Origin: a virus
Strand: one strand, 5' to 3'
Length of the DNA: 35,319 nt
Virus record (IMG/VR): IMGVR_UViG_3300011339_000243
Part shown: positions 1 through 9,764 of the stretch, piece by piece
Layout of the letters: every line of letters begins with the position of its first letter
Numbering within the stretch: the stretch's first letter is position 1
The notes under the pieces: model-generated
Databases searched by the model: none
Told to the model about the DNA's origin: nothing
What the model saw: only the letters and a program-made list of their open reading frames with translations
Translations under genes and position numbers: made by a program

Positions 1-127
1 TCAGCATTCTGCCAATTTTGAGGGTCTTGGCAAGGATAGCGAAATCTATCTTCACAGCCTGTTAGCAGCACCAACAGGATTGACAGACCCCAAATACAGT
101 AGATATTCATTTATCTTTCTCCCTTTC
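1..127. repeat. Terminal duplication: bases 1-127 are identical to 35193-35319 (circular-assembly overlap or terminal redundancy)
   Basis: Both ends read base by base. The same 127-nt string (tcagcattctgcc...atctttctccctttc) occurs at each end. It carries the 5' part of the lipoprotein gene and the 3' end of the 95-aa ORF. Confidence 0.95.
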
Positions 128-394
128 TTTTTGCTCAATTTTCTGTCTCATCTTTTCGACCTTCTCGACCTGAGCCTTGGCCTCATTCTTAGTCTCCAAG
201 ATGTCAAGATAAAGAAATCCCATCAGTGGCAACAACAAGGCGATCAATACGCAACACGCTATCCAAGCCACTATGTCTTCCTCCACTGACTTACGAACAG
301 TAACCACATCCACAGGTAGAGGAGGAATATAGAAGTCGCTACTAGGTACGCTAGTTTTAGCTGGAAGTTTCTTTCTTCCTCCTTGCGTTGCCAT
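107..394 (-). CDS. Small single-pass membrane protein (95 aa) at the head of the lysis cassette
   Basis: ORF with hydrophobic helix IVAWIACCVLIALLLPLMGFLYL and a charged C-tail. Its stop (107-109) abuts the ATG at 110, which equals 35302 of the lipoprotein gene. It overlaps 271..891 by 124 nt in another frame. Confidence 0.5.
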   Translation of the reverse strand: MATQGGRKKLPAKTSVPSSDFYIPPLPVDVVTVRKSVEEDIVAWIACCVLIALLLPLMGFLYLDILETKNEAKAQVEKVEKMRQKIEQKEREKDK

Positions 395-891
395 AGTTCC
401 CGCCTTTTTACTGCTTCTAGCTTCAGCCTTGCTCCAGTTTGCTCCTCTTGAATTGTTTCCCTCATCGCAAATACCTCTGAGTACAAAGCACCCATCTCAG
501 GAGGACTCTGGTAAACCATGCACTCCCTGATCTGTACCACTAACTCAGCCATTTGCTGCTGTGCCATTACCCTTTTTAGAGCCGCTTCCATGTGGTTCTG
601 GTTAGGGTCATAGACATTCTTTGACTTTTCTTCTTCTTCCCTTATGTGCGCTTCTAATTGTTCTTGAATCTTGAAGAATTCAGTGAGTTGTTTGACAATA
701 TCAACCTTGAGTTGGGTTTCATCAACGGCAACAAACTTTTCTTTCTTTTTCGCCACAGACTTGGGCGAGGAGGGGGCGATAACTGTTGCTGGTTTACCCT
801 TAGATTTAAAGAAGTTACTAAAGTTACTCCAAAATCCAGTAACTTCCTTATATATCTTGGCGGCTTCGTCAACAGTAGACTTGACCTCCAT
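271..891 (-). CDS. Hypothetical charged/coiled-coil protein with C-terminal transmembrane anchor (206 aa)
   Basis: Long ORF downstream of the 915-aa gene. It has a Glu/Lys/Gln-rich helical middle and a C-terminal hydrophobic stretch LAYLVATSIFLLYLWMWLLFV. Confidence 0.6.
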   Translation of the reverse strand: MEVKSTVDEAAKIYKEVTGFWSNFSNFFKSKGKPATVIAPSSPKSVAKKKEKFVAVDETQLKVDIVKQLTEFFKIQEQLEAHIREEEEKSKNVYDPNQNHMEAALKRVMAQQQMAELVVQIRECMVYQSPPEMGALYSEVFAMRETIQEEQTGARLKLEAVKRRELWQRKEEERNFQLKLAYLVATSIFLLYLWMWLLFVSQWRKT

Positions 892-993
892 AAAGGAAGT
901 TTTGGCCTGTTTGTAAAGCTCACAACCCTCTTTGATTGCTGCAACACAAGCATTGGCGGCAAAAAGTAGGGTGATCGGATCAATTTTTAACCC

Positions 994-3741
994 CTATTCT
1001 GGCGCAAATTGATAGTATTGCTCTGTAACAGGCTCAACAACTTGACTAGGACTAACGGCAGTTGATGCTCCAATGTAGCCAGTACGCAAGACACCCATGC
1101 CCAAAGCAGTGGCAAAATCAGACAAGTCTTCTGGCTTAATCATTGACTTGAAGTCAATCTCTTTACCTTTCTTACTTATGATTTTTGTTGACGCATTTAA
1201 TATTGCATCTACACCACCTTCGTCAAGAAATAACTTTCTATGCGCTTGTTTTGTTGCTTCATCAATGTTTGACTGACCAATCAAAGACAAAATCCTAAAA
1301 CCTTTATTGAAAACGCTTGCAATCTGGTTAACAGCAATTCCAGCAATTCTTTGAGGACTTACACCGCCAGTTGCTCGTTCAAGTGCAGAAGTTTCTTTGA
1401 CAGCAGCAGCACGAATTTGAAGATTTTCAACATTGACCTTACTTGATAATCTTGATACATCAGCCAATGCAGTCAAACTGTTGTAGTGCTTTTGCCCAAA
1501 TATAGACACAAACGCATCTTTGTTATTTTCAAGATATTTCAATGGGTTGTCAGAATCAAGCATACGAGTGACAAGCCCATTTTTCACAGCAAGTTTTGCA
1601 TTGATTTGCTCATCAGATGACAACTTATTAAGGTCTGTAGTAAATTTATTACGGTAACTTTTACCTGTAGAACCTGTCATTTTAGACACTATTCCATCTA
1701 CACCCATTGAATCATAGTCTGACAAGAAACTTTGACCAAGACGAGTTTTTGCTTCTCTTGCTGCATCATCAATAGCAACCTTTTCAGTTGCTAAATATTG
1801 TGCTTTTAATCCAGTATCAGATAATCGTTTCTTTAAAGCAGGAAGCTGATCAACAATGTCGCTATAACCACCATTTGTACTTGTCTTAGACAAAAGATTG
1901 TCCAGTTTTTGTGGGTCAATAAAACCATTCTTGTTTAATGATTGGTTATACAGCTTTGACATAACTGATTTTTCAGCCAAAGAAATACCATCATTTCCAG
2001 CCACACGCAAGAATTGATTCAAGGCTGTTGGACTTGATGCAATCAATGGAGAGATTCTTTCTGCATAATCAGCAGAACTGATTTTTTCAATGGCAGCAGC
2101 ATCTTTAAATGGAACACCAACTTTATTAAAGTAGTCAGTATCCAAGTTAGTCATTGCCTGACCAAAAGGCAATTTTTCACCTCTAAAGTCAACTGTGATA
2201 TTGCCACTAGAGTTTTGAACCTTATCTAATGCTTCATCTACTCTGTTTTGCAGTAGACGCAACTTATCTTGCCTATTCGGATCACGGGTTATTCTGATGT
2301 CTTCAGCCACACGCCTTTTCAATGAATCAAGGCTTGTAATATCCATGCCTATAGACAAGTCTGGTGCAGTGGTAGCTGGCAACATTGTTCCTGCTTCACT
2401 AGGTGCTGCTTGTCTACGCATAGCCTTAAATTTAGAAGACTGCTCACGCACAAGTTTCAATAAAGGAGCTTGCTTTGCCCAAGGATCACCTTGAAACAAT
2501 TGTTCTGCCGTGTTTAACAAATCTTGTGTATCTTGTGCTGGCAACAAAGCACCTTGTTTAGATGCTTGACCTAAAACAGAATCATATTCTGGTGAAAGTG
2601 CGGCTCTTGCAGCCTTTTCTTTAGCTAATACAAGATTCTGTATCGCAGTGCCAATTTCTACAGGTTTAGTTCCACCAGCAATGTTTGCTTGTGATGTTAA
2701 TTTGTTTAATTGATCGTCAATAAAGCCAATTCGTTTATTTAAATCAGTTTCAACTTCAGCAATTTTAGTTTTACCTGATGGCAATTCAGCACTTGGCGCA
2801 GGATAAATTTCTGATGCTCTTTTTTGAACAGCAACCTTTAGATCAGAATATAACTTGTTCAATTCACCAGCAAAGCCAACATCATTCTTTGCAAGGTCTT
2901 CCAATTTTGTTCTGAAAGCAATATTATCTAAACCAGTAACGGCTAAAGCACCTTTTTGACTAGTAACAAACTGAACTCTATCTTGAACAGTTTTTAATCT
3001 TGCTTGAAGTGTTGGGTCTGCTTCAAGTGCTTTTTCTACAAGGTCTTTAGCCCTTGAAATGCCTTCAACATTAGCTAAATCAGCAATATCAAGGTCTTTA
3101 ATGTCAAATCGCTCTTTACCTTTTTCAAAAAGCATTTGACCACCCTTTGCAGTTCCACCTCCAGAAAGCAAAGAAAAAACTAATCCACCTATAACTTGTC
3201 CGGGTAAACCAGCTACTTGTTGACCAATTTCACCGCCAGCTTCACCACCAACGCCAGCCATACCGCCAGTTAAAACATTGACCCCTTTTGTTAATAATCC
3301 TCCACCAACCAAATTAAAAGGATCAACAGCACCTTCTACAAAAGAACCAGCATATCGTTGCAATCCAGTAGCAGGACGCATTTGTGGCTTTAAACCCAAT
3401 CCTTTTTGAATTGATTTGGTTGTTACTTGTTCTAATTCAGGTTGCGATGGGAATGCTCCTGCAAATGTTCCTTGCTCCGCTGCGCTACCAGAGGCAAGTC
3501 TAGCCGCAGTTCCAGTCAACCCACGACCAGCACTCTGCAATAAATAATCAAACATTGATGGAGCAGAAGTAGGCTCATCTCCCATTGTTTGTAATGGAAA
3601 CGGAACTTCGCCTCTTGCATATTCTGGAGATTCCATAATACGCATAGAAGCCGCAATCTCAGCTAATCTACTAGCATCTTCTACATTACCTGCGGCATCA
3701 GCATTACGCAATGCTTCAATCACTTCATTATAAGTTGCCAT
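994..3741 (-). CDS. Large virion-associated protein (915 aa), putative internal/ejection protein
   Basis: Longest ORF and the last of three large consecutive genes after the tail genes. The N-terminus is Gly/Ala-rich. Function is inferred only from size and synteny with podovirus internal core genes. Confidence 0.6.
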   Translation of the reverse strand: MATYNEVIEALRNADAAGNVEDASRLAEIAASMRIMESPEYARGEVPFPLQTMGDEPTSAPSMFDYLLQSAGRGLTGTAARLASGSAAEQGTFAGAFPSQPELEQVTTKSIQKGLGLKPQMRPATGLQRYAGSFVEGAVDPFNLVGGGLLTKGVNVLTGGMAGVGGEAGGEIGQQVAGLPGQVIGGLVFSLLSGGGTAKGGQMLFEKGKERFDIKDLDIADLANVEGISRAKDLVEKALEADPTLQARLKTVQDRVQFVTSQKGALAVTGLDNIAFRTKLEDLAKNDVGFAGELNKLYSDLKVAVQKRASEIYPAPSAELPSGKTKIAEVETDLNKRIGFIDDQLNKLTSQANIAGGTKPVEIGTAIQNLVLAKEKAARAALSPEYDSVLGQASKQGALLPAQDTQDLLNTAEQLFQGDPWAKQAPLLKLVREQSSKFKAMRRQAAPSEAGTMLPATTAPDLSIGMDITSLDSLKRRVAEDIRITRDPNRQDKLRLLQNRVDEALDKVQNSSGNITVDFRGEKLPFGQAMTNLDTDYFNKVGVPFKDAAAIEKISSADYAERISPLIASSPTALNQFLRVAGNDGISLAEKSVMSKLYNQSLNKNGFIDPQKLDNLLSKTSTNGGYSDIVDQLPALKKRLSDTGLKAQYLATEKVAIDDAAREAKTRLGQSFLSDYDSMGVDGIVSKMTGSTGKSYRNKFTTDLNKLSSDEQINAKLAVKNGLVTRMLDSDNPLKYLENNKDAFVSIFGQKHYNSLTALADVSRLSSKVNVENLQIRAAAVKETSALERATGGVSPQRIAGIAVNQIASVFNKGFRILSLIGQSNIDEATKQAHRKLFLDEGGVDAILNASTKIISKKGKEIDFKSMIKPEDLSDFATALGMGVLRTGYIGASTAVSPSQVVEPVTEQYYQFAPE

Positions 3742-3754
3742 AATTACCTCAAGA

Positions 3755-5368
3755 TTATTTTGGTTTTCGATATTTATTGATCAACTCATCGTCAGAAGAT
3801 GTTTGTTTTTGTTCTGAACTTGTTTTTTCATTTGGTTTAATCAATTTAAATTTAGCCAACTGGTCATCTAACTGACGAATTGCAATAGCATAGTTTGGAG
3901 TGTCTTTGTATCCAGCTTGTTCGGCTTGATCTTGAATAAACTTTTTACGTTCTAACAATGCTCCACGATAAATAGCAGTAGCAAATCGCTCTGCTTGTTC
4001 TTTTGTAACACTTGTTCTTTGGCCTGTAAAAAATCCTACAACATCTTGAGCCACCCTGTCTGTTAAACCACCAGTTCTTGCGTATCTAGAAATATCAGCA
4101 TTAGACATATTCTTGCCTTCGCCAGTCAATTTTGCCAAAGCACCCGGCAATGATGCAGCGGCAATGTCATTTGTTGTAGACATTCTGATTGTTTCAATAG
4201 CACTTGGAGCATCAGAAATAACTGTTGATGTTCGATCCATTATTGGGTCTTTGCTTATTTGTGAGCTAAATGCAAGCCAATCTTTAGGAGCAGCAGGTTG
4301 ACCCGGCAAAAGAATTGCACTAGCTTTTGCTCTTGCATTTCCTTCTTCTTCAACTCGTTTATTGACAATAGCTTTTTGTGCTGGCGTTATTTGGGCAAAA
4401 GGTTTGTTATCGTATAGTTCGGCAGAAATTGCATCTCTATCAGAAGTTAAAGATAGTTGCTTATCCGGTCTTTCATAAGTTGCAAGTTCAGCTTCAAGTG
4501 CTGCTCTTTCGCTAGGTCGCAATAACAAACCACCAGTTTCAGGGCTTAACATACGAGTAATTTCAGCAACTCTTGCACCAGTAGCTTGTTTATCAGATAA
4601 CTTATCAGTGCCTTTTAATAGTTCAGCAACTCTTGTTTCAAAAGCAGTGCCATAAAGACCTTCTGCTGAAGCAATTCTTTCAGCCTCTTGAACCTTGGCA
4701 GTTATTCCTTGTCTTGCTGCGCCACTTGCTTGTTTAATCTTCACTTTTGAATTAAGTGCATTTTGGTAAATTTTCATTGCTAATTCAGGCGCAGCTTGTG
4801 CATATTTTTGAGCAATTTGTATATTTTGGTCAGGATTACTTGGGTCTAATTCACGCAAGATTTGCTGTTGCAAACCAATCATCTGCAACTGAGGGTCTTT
4901 AGCACCCAAAGCACCACCAATAGCACCACCCAACTGTTGCCCACCAAGGTACAGGCTGTATTGCGCCTGTTGCATGGGGTCAAGTGACGCATATCGCATT
5001 GCTTGTGCTTGCATTGCTTCATTTTGCTTTTGTTGGTACAAAGCACGTTGCATTGCATCTACTTCAGGAAACATTCCTTGAACAACTGATTGTTGTTGCG
5101 GCTGTTGACCAGAAGTAAACTGAGGCTCAGAAGTAAACATTCCTCCTGATAAACTTTGTAGTTGCGTTTGTGGAGTACCGCCAGCAGCCATCTGATCCGC
5201 ATTAGCTTGCATCATTGCCAAGAATTCTGGTGATGATTCATATGGAACAAAATTAGGACTAGTAGCAACATCAGGATTAGACATATCTCTAATTACAGGA
5301 TCAGGAGTTCCATCTGCCATCACGTTAGTTACTGGCATAGTCATAAGATTAGTTGTATTAACAGCCAT
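3755..5368 (-). CDS. Gln/Ala-rich virion-associated protein (537 aa), putative internal/ejection protein
   Basis: Uninterrupted ORF with low-complexity Q/A/M-rich N-half, 13 nt upstream of the next gene. Function is inferred from synteny only. Confidence 0.55.
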   Translation of the reverse strand: MAVNTTNLMTMPVTNVMADGTPDPVIRDMSNPDVATSPNFVPYESSPEFLAMMQANADQMAAGGTPQTQLQSLSGGMFTSEPQFTSGQQPQQQSVVQGMFPEVDAMQRALYQQKQNEAMQAQAMRYASLDPMQQAQYSLYLGGQQLGGAIGGALGAKDPQLQMIGLQQQILRELDPSNPDQNIQIAQKYAQAAPELAMKIYQNALNSKVKIKQASGAARQGITAKVQEAERIASAEGLYGTAFETRVAELLKGTDKLSDKQATGARVAEITRMLSPETGGLLLRPSERAALEAELATYERPDKQLSLTSDRDAISAELYDNKPFAQITPAQKAIVNKRVEEEGNARAKASAILLPGQPAAPKDWLAFSSQISKDPIMDRTSTVISDAPSAIETIRMSTTNDIAAASLPGALAKLTGEGKNMSNADISRYARTGGLTDRVAQDVVGFFTGQRTSVTKEQAERFATAIYRGALLERKKFIQDQAEQAGYKDTPNYAIAIRQLDDQLAKFKLIKPNEKTSSEQKQTSSDDELINKYRKPK

Positions 5369-5379
5369 GATTTTTTTCC

Positions 5380-6417
5380 TTAGACAGAGTAGTCAGAGCC
5401 AGCCATAAAAGCATTGCCTCTTGTTATATTTGCATTGGTTTGCGGAGCATTCCACCAGTTTGCAACTCCTTGACCAAATTGCTGATTGTTTGCAAGACCA
5501 CTTAGAGCAGTAGCAAATGGGTTGTAGGCATTGGCTTGTTGTTGAGTTAACGCAGCACTTCTACCACCAGTAAGTAATGATTGACCAACATTAGCACCAG
5601 CAGTAGCGGCTCGACCACCTAAAGCAGAACCCATCTCCAAAGGTTGTTGACCAAGTTGCTCAAGAGTAGAACCAGCACCCAAATAAGTTGTAAACGGGTT
5701 CAATGCACTGACTTGACCAGATTGATACTGGCCTAACAATTGAGAACCACTACCAAACAATCCCGCACCAAATGCTGTTCTTTGTTGTCCAGCTTGATCC
5801 GCTTGACTTGCAATTTGTAAATCTTGTTGAGCTAATGCGTTGTAATATGCTTCCATCTCAGGAGAGGCAGCACCAAAGCCAGCCGCACCGCTAGGACGAG
5901 CAGAAGTAGCACCAACAGACAAACCACCACGACCCTGCTGATACAACTGGTTCTGCAATTGAGCCATTGATCGTTCACGGCTAGGTGCAAGCAAATCCTG
6001 TTGCTGTTGCATATATTTTTGTGCAGTTTGTTCAGGAGATTGAGCAAGATATTGCTGACCCAATCCAAACAAACTTTCAGCAGATGTAGACAATGGCAAA
6101 TACTGCTGTTGCGCTTGTTCAGCCTGAGTCAATGCACCGCCTGTAAGAGCCTGTAGACGGTCTTGGTAAGCCCTTAACTCAGGACTGACGTTGTAGCCAG
6201 CACCAATTAGATTACCTTGTGCATCTGTCTGAAAGTTAGATGTACCGTAACGGGTTGTTATGCCAACAGGACGAAACCTTGCCGCATCTGCTGCAATTTG
6301 TGCTGCTTTTACTTGAGCATCGGCTGAAGTACGAGCCGCACTTCTTGCGGCATCTCCTTGCATTGCGCCGCCTAATAGTTGTGTTCCTCCGATTACTAAT
6401 GCTGCTGAAAATGGCAT
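5380..6417 (-). CDS. Gln/Ala/Gly-rich virion-associated protein (345 aa), putative internal protein
   Basis: Uninterrupted ORF. Its ATG lies 1 nt after the GNAT stop. Composition is strongly biased (Q, A, G). Confidence 0.55.
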   Translation of the reverse strand: MPFSAALVIGGTQLLGGAMQGDAARSAARTSADAQVKAAQIAADAARFRPVGITTRYGTSNFQTDAQGNLIGAGYNVSPELRAYQDRLQALTGGALTQAEQAQQQYLPLSTSAESLFGLGQQYLAQSPEQTAQKYMQQQQDLLAPSRERSMAQLQNQLYQQGRGGLSVGATSARPSGAAGFGAASPEMEAYYNALAQQDLQIASQADQAGQQRTAFGAGLFGSGSQLLGQYQSGQVSALNPFTTYLGAGSTLEQLGQQPLEMGSALGGRAATAGANVGQSLLTGGRSAALTQQQANAYNPFATALSGLANNQQFGQGVANWWNAPQTNANITRGNAFMAGSDYSV

Positions 6418-6418
6418 A

Positions 6419-6868
6419 TCAAATCTCCTTTGCGACTGCTACATGAGTAGCATTAAAACCAAATTTTCTATAAAACGCTTCTAATGGTTCTTTAAGGTTA
6501 TAACTTGCAATCAACCTCTTACAACCATTTTCCTTTGCAATCTTCTCAACCAAGTCAAACATTTCCTTGCCAATCCCTTGCTTTCTATACTCAGGCTTTA
6601 AAAAGAACATATCAACTTGACACCAAGTTTCATCATAATATGGACTCTTAAACAATCCATAAAAAATATAACCAATTGATTGGTCATCATCTTTGGCAAT
6701 CACAACCCTCAAATTACCTAAATAAACCGTATTGAAAATGGGCTTCTTATCATTGAAACAAACCCAATGTTCAAGACTCAAATCATCAAAGTTTTCAATG
6801 TCAGACAACTTACCATCAACTACAGTGACAGTAGATTGTTCATCATCAATAACTGTAAATTGGTTCAT
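6419..6868 (-). CDS. GNAT-family N-acetyltransferase (149 aa from the ATG at 6868)
   Basis: Acetyl-CoA-binding-type motif RKQGIGKEMFDLVEKIAKENGCKRL followed by FYRKFGF. The ATG at 6868 forms an ATGA overlap with the fibre-gene stop. The segment is AT-rich by eye. Confidence 0.75.
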   Translation of the reverse strand: MNQFTVIDDEQSTVTVVDGKLSDIENFDDLSLEHWVCFNDKKPIFNTVYLGNLRVVIAKDDDQSIGYIFYGLFKSPYYDETWCQVDMFFLKPEYRKQGIGKEMFDLVEKIAKENGCKRLIASYNLKEPLEAFYRKFGFNATHVAVAKEI

Positions 6869-7551
6869 ACAGTACGTTTCCACATATAAACAGTAATGTA
6901 TGGTTGGTAGTTAGCATTTGTTACGCTGACACCAGTTGTAGCAACTGTTGTTGCAACAGTAACTCCAGTTACAGCAGTATCTGTATTTGAATTGCCAGTT
7001 TGTTTTAAAGCACCATTAGAACCACTATCAAGAAGTCCAGTTTGAAATCCAATAACGTGCGAGTGTCCGGGGTCTGTAACAGTTGATGTGGCAGTGTGGG
7101 TGTGAGTTGGAACAATTGCATCTGCACTACCACCAGTTTCTTCGGCAGTATCAAACAGTGCATTCCCTGAATCAAAACCAACCATTACACGACCAGCACC
7201 AAAGGCAGTCCATGTACCAAAGCCTAACAATGTTGCAGGATTAGTTGAACTTGTCGCATTGGTGTAAATTGTTCCAACAGGATACAAGATTTGAAGTGCG
7301 GCTTGAACAAATGCAGTTGTGGCAAGAGCAGTCGAACTGTTACTAGAAGACTGAGTGACACCAATACTTCCCGTCGGCAATGTAGGCGTACCTGTAAAGG
7401 TAGGACTAGCCAAATCTGCTTTAGTCGCAACAGCAGTAGCAATGTTATTGAATTCAGTGTCAATCTCAGTGCCTTTGACAATCTTTAAAGCATTACCAGA
7501 AGCCAAAGCATCTTTGGTTGCGAAGTTGGTTGATTTAGTGTAATCAGTCAT
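6865..7551 (-). CDS. Tail fibre / receptor-binding-like protein (228 aa)
   Basis: N-terminus TNFATKDALASGNALKIVKGTEIDTEFNNIATAV...DLASPTFTGTPTLPTG is typical of phage fibre proteins. It is Ser/Thr/Gly-rich and carries the HxH pairs PTHTHT and GHSHV. Confidence 0.7.
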   Translation of the reverse strand: MTDYTKSTNFATKDALASGNALKIVKGTEIDTEFNNIATAVATKADLASPTFTGTPTLPTGSIGVTQSSSNSSTALATTAFVQAALQILYPVGTIYTNATSSTNPATLLGFGTWTAFGAGRVMVGFDSGNALFDTAEETGGSADAIVPTHTHTATSTVTDPGHSHVIGFQTGLLDSGSNGALKQTGNSNTDTAVTGVTVATTVATTGVSVTNANYQPYITVYMWKRTV

Positions 7552-7560
7552 TTCTTTCCT

Positions 7561-9120
7561 TTAGCTCATCTTGCCATTTTTAGCTTGAATTTCAATCTTT
7601 TGATACGACAATGGAGTTCCATTAATATCAGATTCATAACCTGTTTGTACAACTTTGCCCGATCCAGATGCCGCAACTGTCAATGTCTGTAATGCAACAC
7701 CAGCAGAATAATACGCAATAACTGTTGCATTTGCACCATATTCCGCAACTCCATAATAGTAAACACCTTGTTCTGGAATAGTTGCATTGTCAGACAAATA
7801 ATTTGTTTTGAAATCAAATCCCCACTTAAATGTAACGTCTTGGTTTGTTCCACCAATAACAACAATAGACAGTTTCTTTAAAATAGAAGTTACATTCTGG
7901 TCACCAAGATCAGCATGGTTGGTGTAGTACAACATCCTATATGCCGTTGCGTGATCTTGATAAGTTCCATACAAACCTATATAACCATTCTTCCCTATAT
8001 ATAGCGTACCATTTCTACGGAATAAAAAGGATTTAGGCGTGATTGAGTCCCATGTAGTAACCCTTGCAGAGCCATCAGGAAGATATGCTTTGGTATCAAA
8101 ACACCAAGTAGTATCAATGCTTGGAGTCACCAATAGGTAAAATGCTTCTCTTTCAGAATAAATAGACTTGATGTTTGCCAGTGTCTCTCCAGCTACAGTA
8201 CTCATCAAGTCATTGCGAATATTCTTAGACAAGTCTCGTTCTGGTGCAGACTTCTCTTGCACCGTTCTCATTAACGATCTGACACCAGAATTAGATAAGA
8301 ACAGAACATCAGTGCTGGTTGTCTGAATACTATCCCTAGCAATACAACCAATGCCCTCTACAGTGTCACTCAATTGCATTGACGCTGGTGTAGTTGCACC
8401 TTGATAAATCAGAATCTGACGCTTACCAAAGATGAACAAAAACCCATTATGTGCAGCAAGTCCTGTAATCTCATCAGAACCATTGACCCAAACACGGTCT
8501 ACATTCAAAGAACCAGATGTACCTGTTGACCAAACATGACCAGCAATCAAGTCAGAAAAATAAACAGTTGAAGTATTTGCAGAAGTACTTGCCGACCATA
8601 ATCTACCAAAAGCAGAGATAACAATGTTCCCACTTGGAACTGTTGCTACATAACCAGATTTCTCAGAAACTCTGCGAAATGTAGTTGTACTTACAGCAGG
8701 ATCATAAATTAATGGGTCATAACCTACTTGAAAGAAATAAGTTATTGAATTCAAAGAAGCACATTGCCAATTGCTTGCTGTGATTGTTGGTGCAGTTCCA
8801 CCGCCACCATAAGTCAACTCAACAACAGCATTAGAACCGTCAAGTTTGAATAATTTATTGTTTCCAGCAAATAAAACAGTCAAAGTGCCATCAGCTTGCA
8901 CTAACTCATGAATGACTTTTACATCATTTGCGCCAAGATTACCAGAAGAAGAATTGACTCTTGAGTAACCTTTGCGTGAACCAATACGACCATACTGGTC
9001 AATGATGCAGTTTGTCGCAACCAAAGCAAAGCCAGCATTCAAATCAAGAGGCGAGTCTTGAGTGTTCAACCCATAAAAGCCGGGGGCTGAGATGCTGTAT
9101 GTTTGAATTGCTTGGCTCAT
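7561..9120 (-). CDS. Virion tail protein (519 aa), putative tail tubular/nozzle protein
   Basis: Large beta-rich ORF in the tail block. Its N-terminus reads YGLNTQDSPLDLNAGFALVATNCIIDQYGRIGSRKG. The call rests on size and position. Confidence 0.55.
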   Translation of the reverse strand: MSQAIQTYSISAPGFYGLNTQDSPLDLNAGFALVATNCIIDQYGRIGSRKGYSRVNSSSGNLGANDVKVIHELVQADGTLTVLFAGNNKLFKLDGSNAVVELTYGGGGTAPTITASNWQCASLNSITYFFQVGYDPLIYDPAVSTTTFRRVSEKSGYVATVPSGNIVISAFGRLWSASTSANTSTVYFSDLIAGHVWSTGTSGSLNVDRVWVNGSDEITGLAAHNGFLFIFGKRQILIYQGATTPASMQLSDTVEGIGCIARDSIQTTSTDVLFLSNSGVRSLMRTVQEKSAPERDLSKNIRNDLMSTVAGETLANIKSIYSEREAFYLLVTPSIDTTWCFDTKAYLPDGSARVTTWDSITPKSFLFRRNGTLYIGKNGYIGLYGTYQDHATAYRMLYYTNHADLGDQNVTSILKKLSIVVIGGTNQDVTFKWGFDFKTNYLSDNATIPEQGVYYYGVAEYGANATVIAYYSAGVALQTLTVAASGSGKVVQTGYESDINGTPLSYQKIEIQAKNGKMS

Positions 9121-9764
9121 ATCGCAACAAACTCCTGATTTTCAGGGTAGCGAGTACCTTCCAAAGCAATTTGGTCAGATAACATAGATTTGTAAAGCAG
9201 ATACGCTTCAGATGAAGATAGACCACCATCTTCACCACGCTCAACCAATGCTCTAGCATAAGCATTCTGAGCCACTAAAACATCACTCACCAGTACAACT
9301 GTTGAACCAGATGAAAGTGTTGCTTGTGGAACTGTCAAGGCAAACTTGATTGTGTATACGCCATCAGGGATTGGGTAAAGATTGACCTTGGTGTCGTATG
9401 AGGCATCAACTCCATCAAAAGCAAATTCAGTAGGGATTGAGTTAACCAATGGCGTAAAGTTCAGTTTGCGGTTCATATCCACAAAACTGATGTTTGTGAG
9501 GCCAACATTACTTGTGGTGTTGATTACATCCATCACTTGAAACTTCTGACCAGCACCCGTCAAAGAATAAGATGCTGTGGATGCCACAGTACTTACGGTG
9601 ATTGTTTGACCTAATACATTCCAGCTAAAAGCATCTTCAATCTGACGCTTTGCGTCATTGACAAACTTGCCAATCAGAGTTGAATAAGTTGTTTCAGTTG
9701 TCGTGGAAACAGTTGTCTCACGCAACCTTACGAGTACATCATTGATTAATTCTAGGTAGGTCAT
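9117..9764 (-). CDS. Virion structural protein (215 aa), putative adaptor / tail tubular A-like
   Basis: ATGA-coupled to both neighbours. The N-terminus MTYLELINDVLVRLRE...LIGKFVNDAKRQIEDAFSW resembles podovirus adaptor/tubular proteins as I recall them. Confidence 0.5.
   Translation of the reverse strand: MTYLELINDVLVRLRETTVSTTTETTYSTLIGKFVNDAKRQIEDAFSWNVLGQTITVSTVASTASYSLTGAGQKFQVMDVINTTSNVGLTNISFVDMNRKLNFTPLVNSIPTEFAFDGVDASYDTKVNLYPIPDGVYTIKFALTVPQATLSSGSTVVLVSDVLVAQNAYARALVERGEDGGLSSSEAYLLYKSMLSDQIALEGTRYPENQEFVAI

Noticed and set aside
5832-6068. 78-aa and similar short ORFs nested in the Q/A-rich internal-protein genes
   Set aside because: They are alternative-frame artefacts of low-complexity repeats within long, continuous ORFs.
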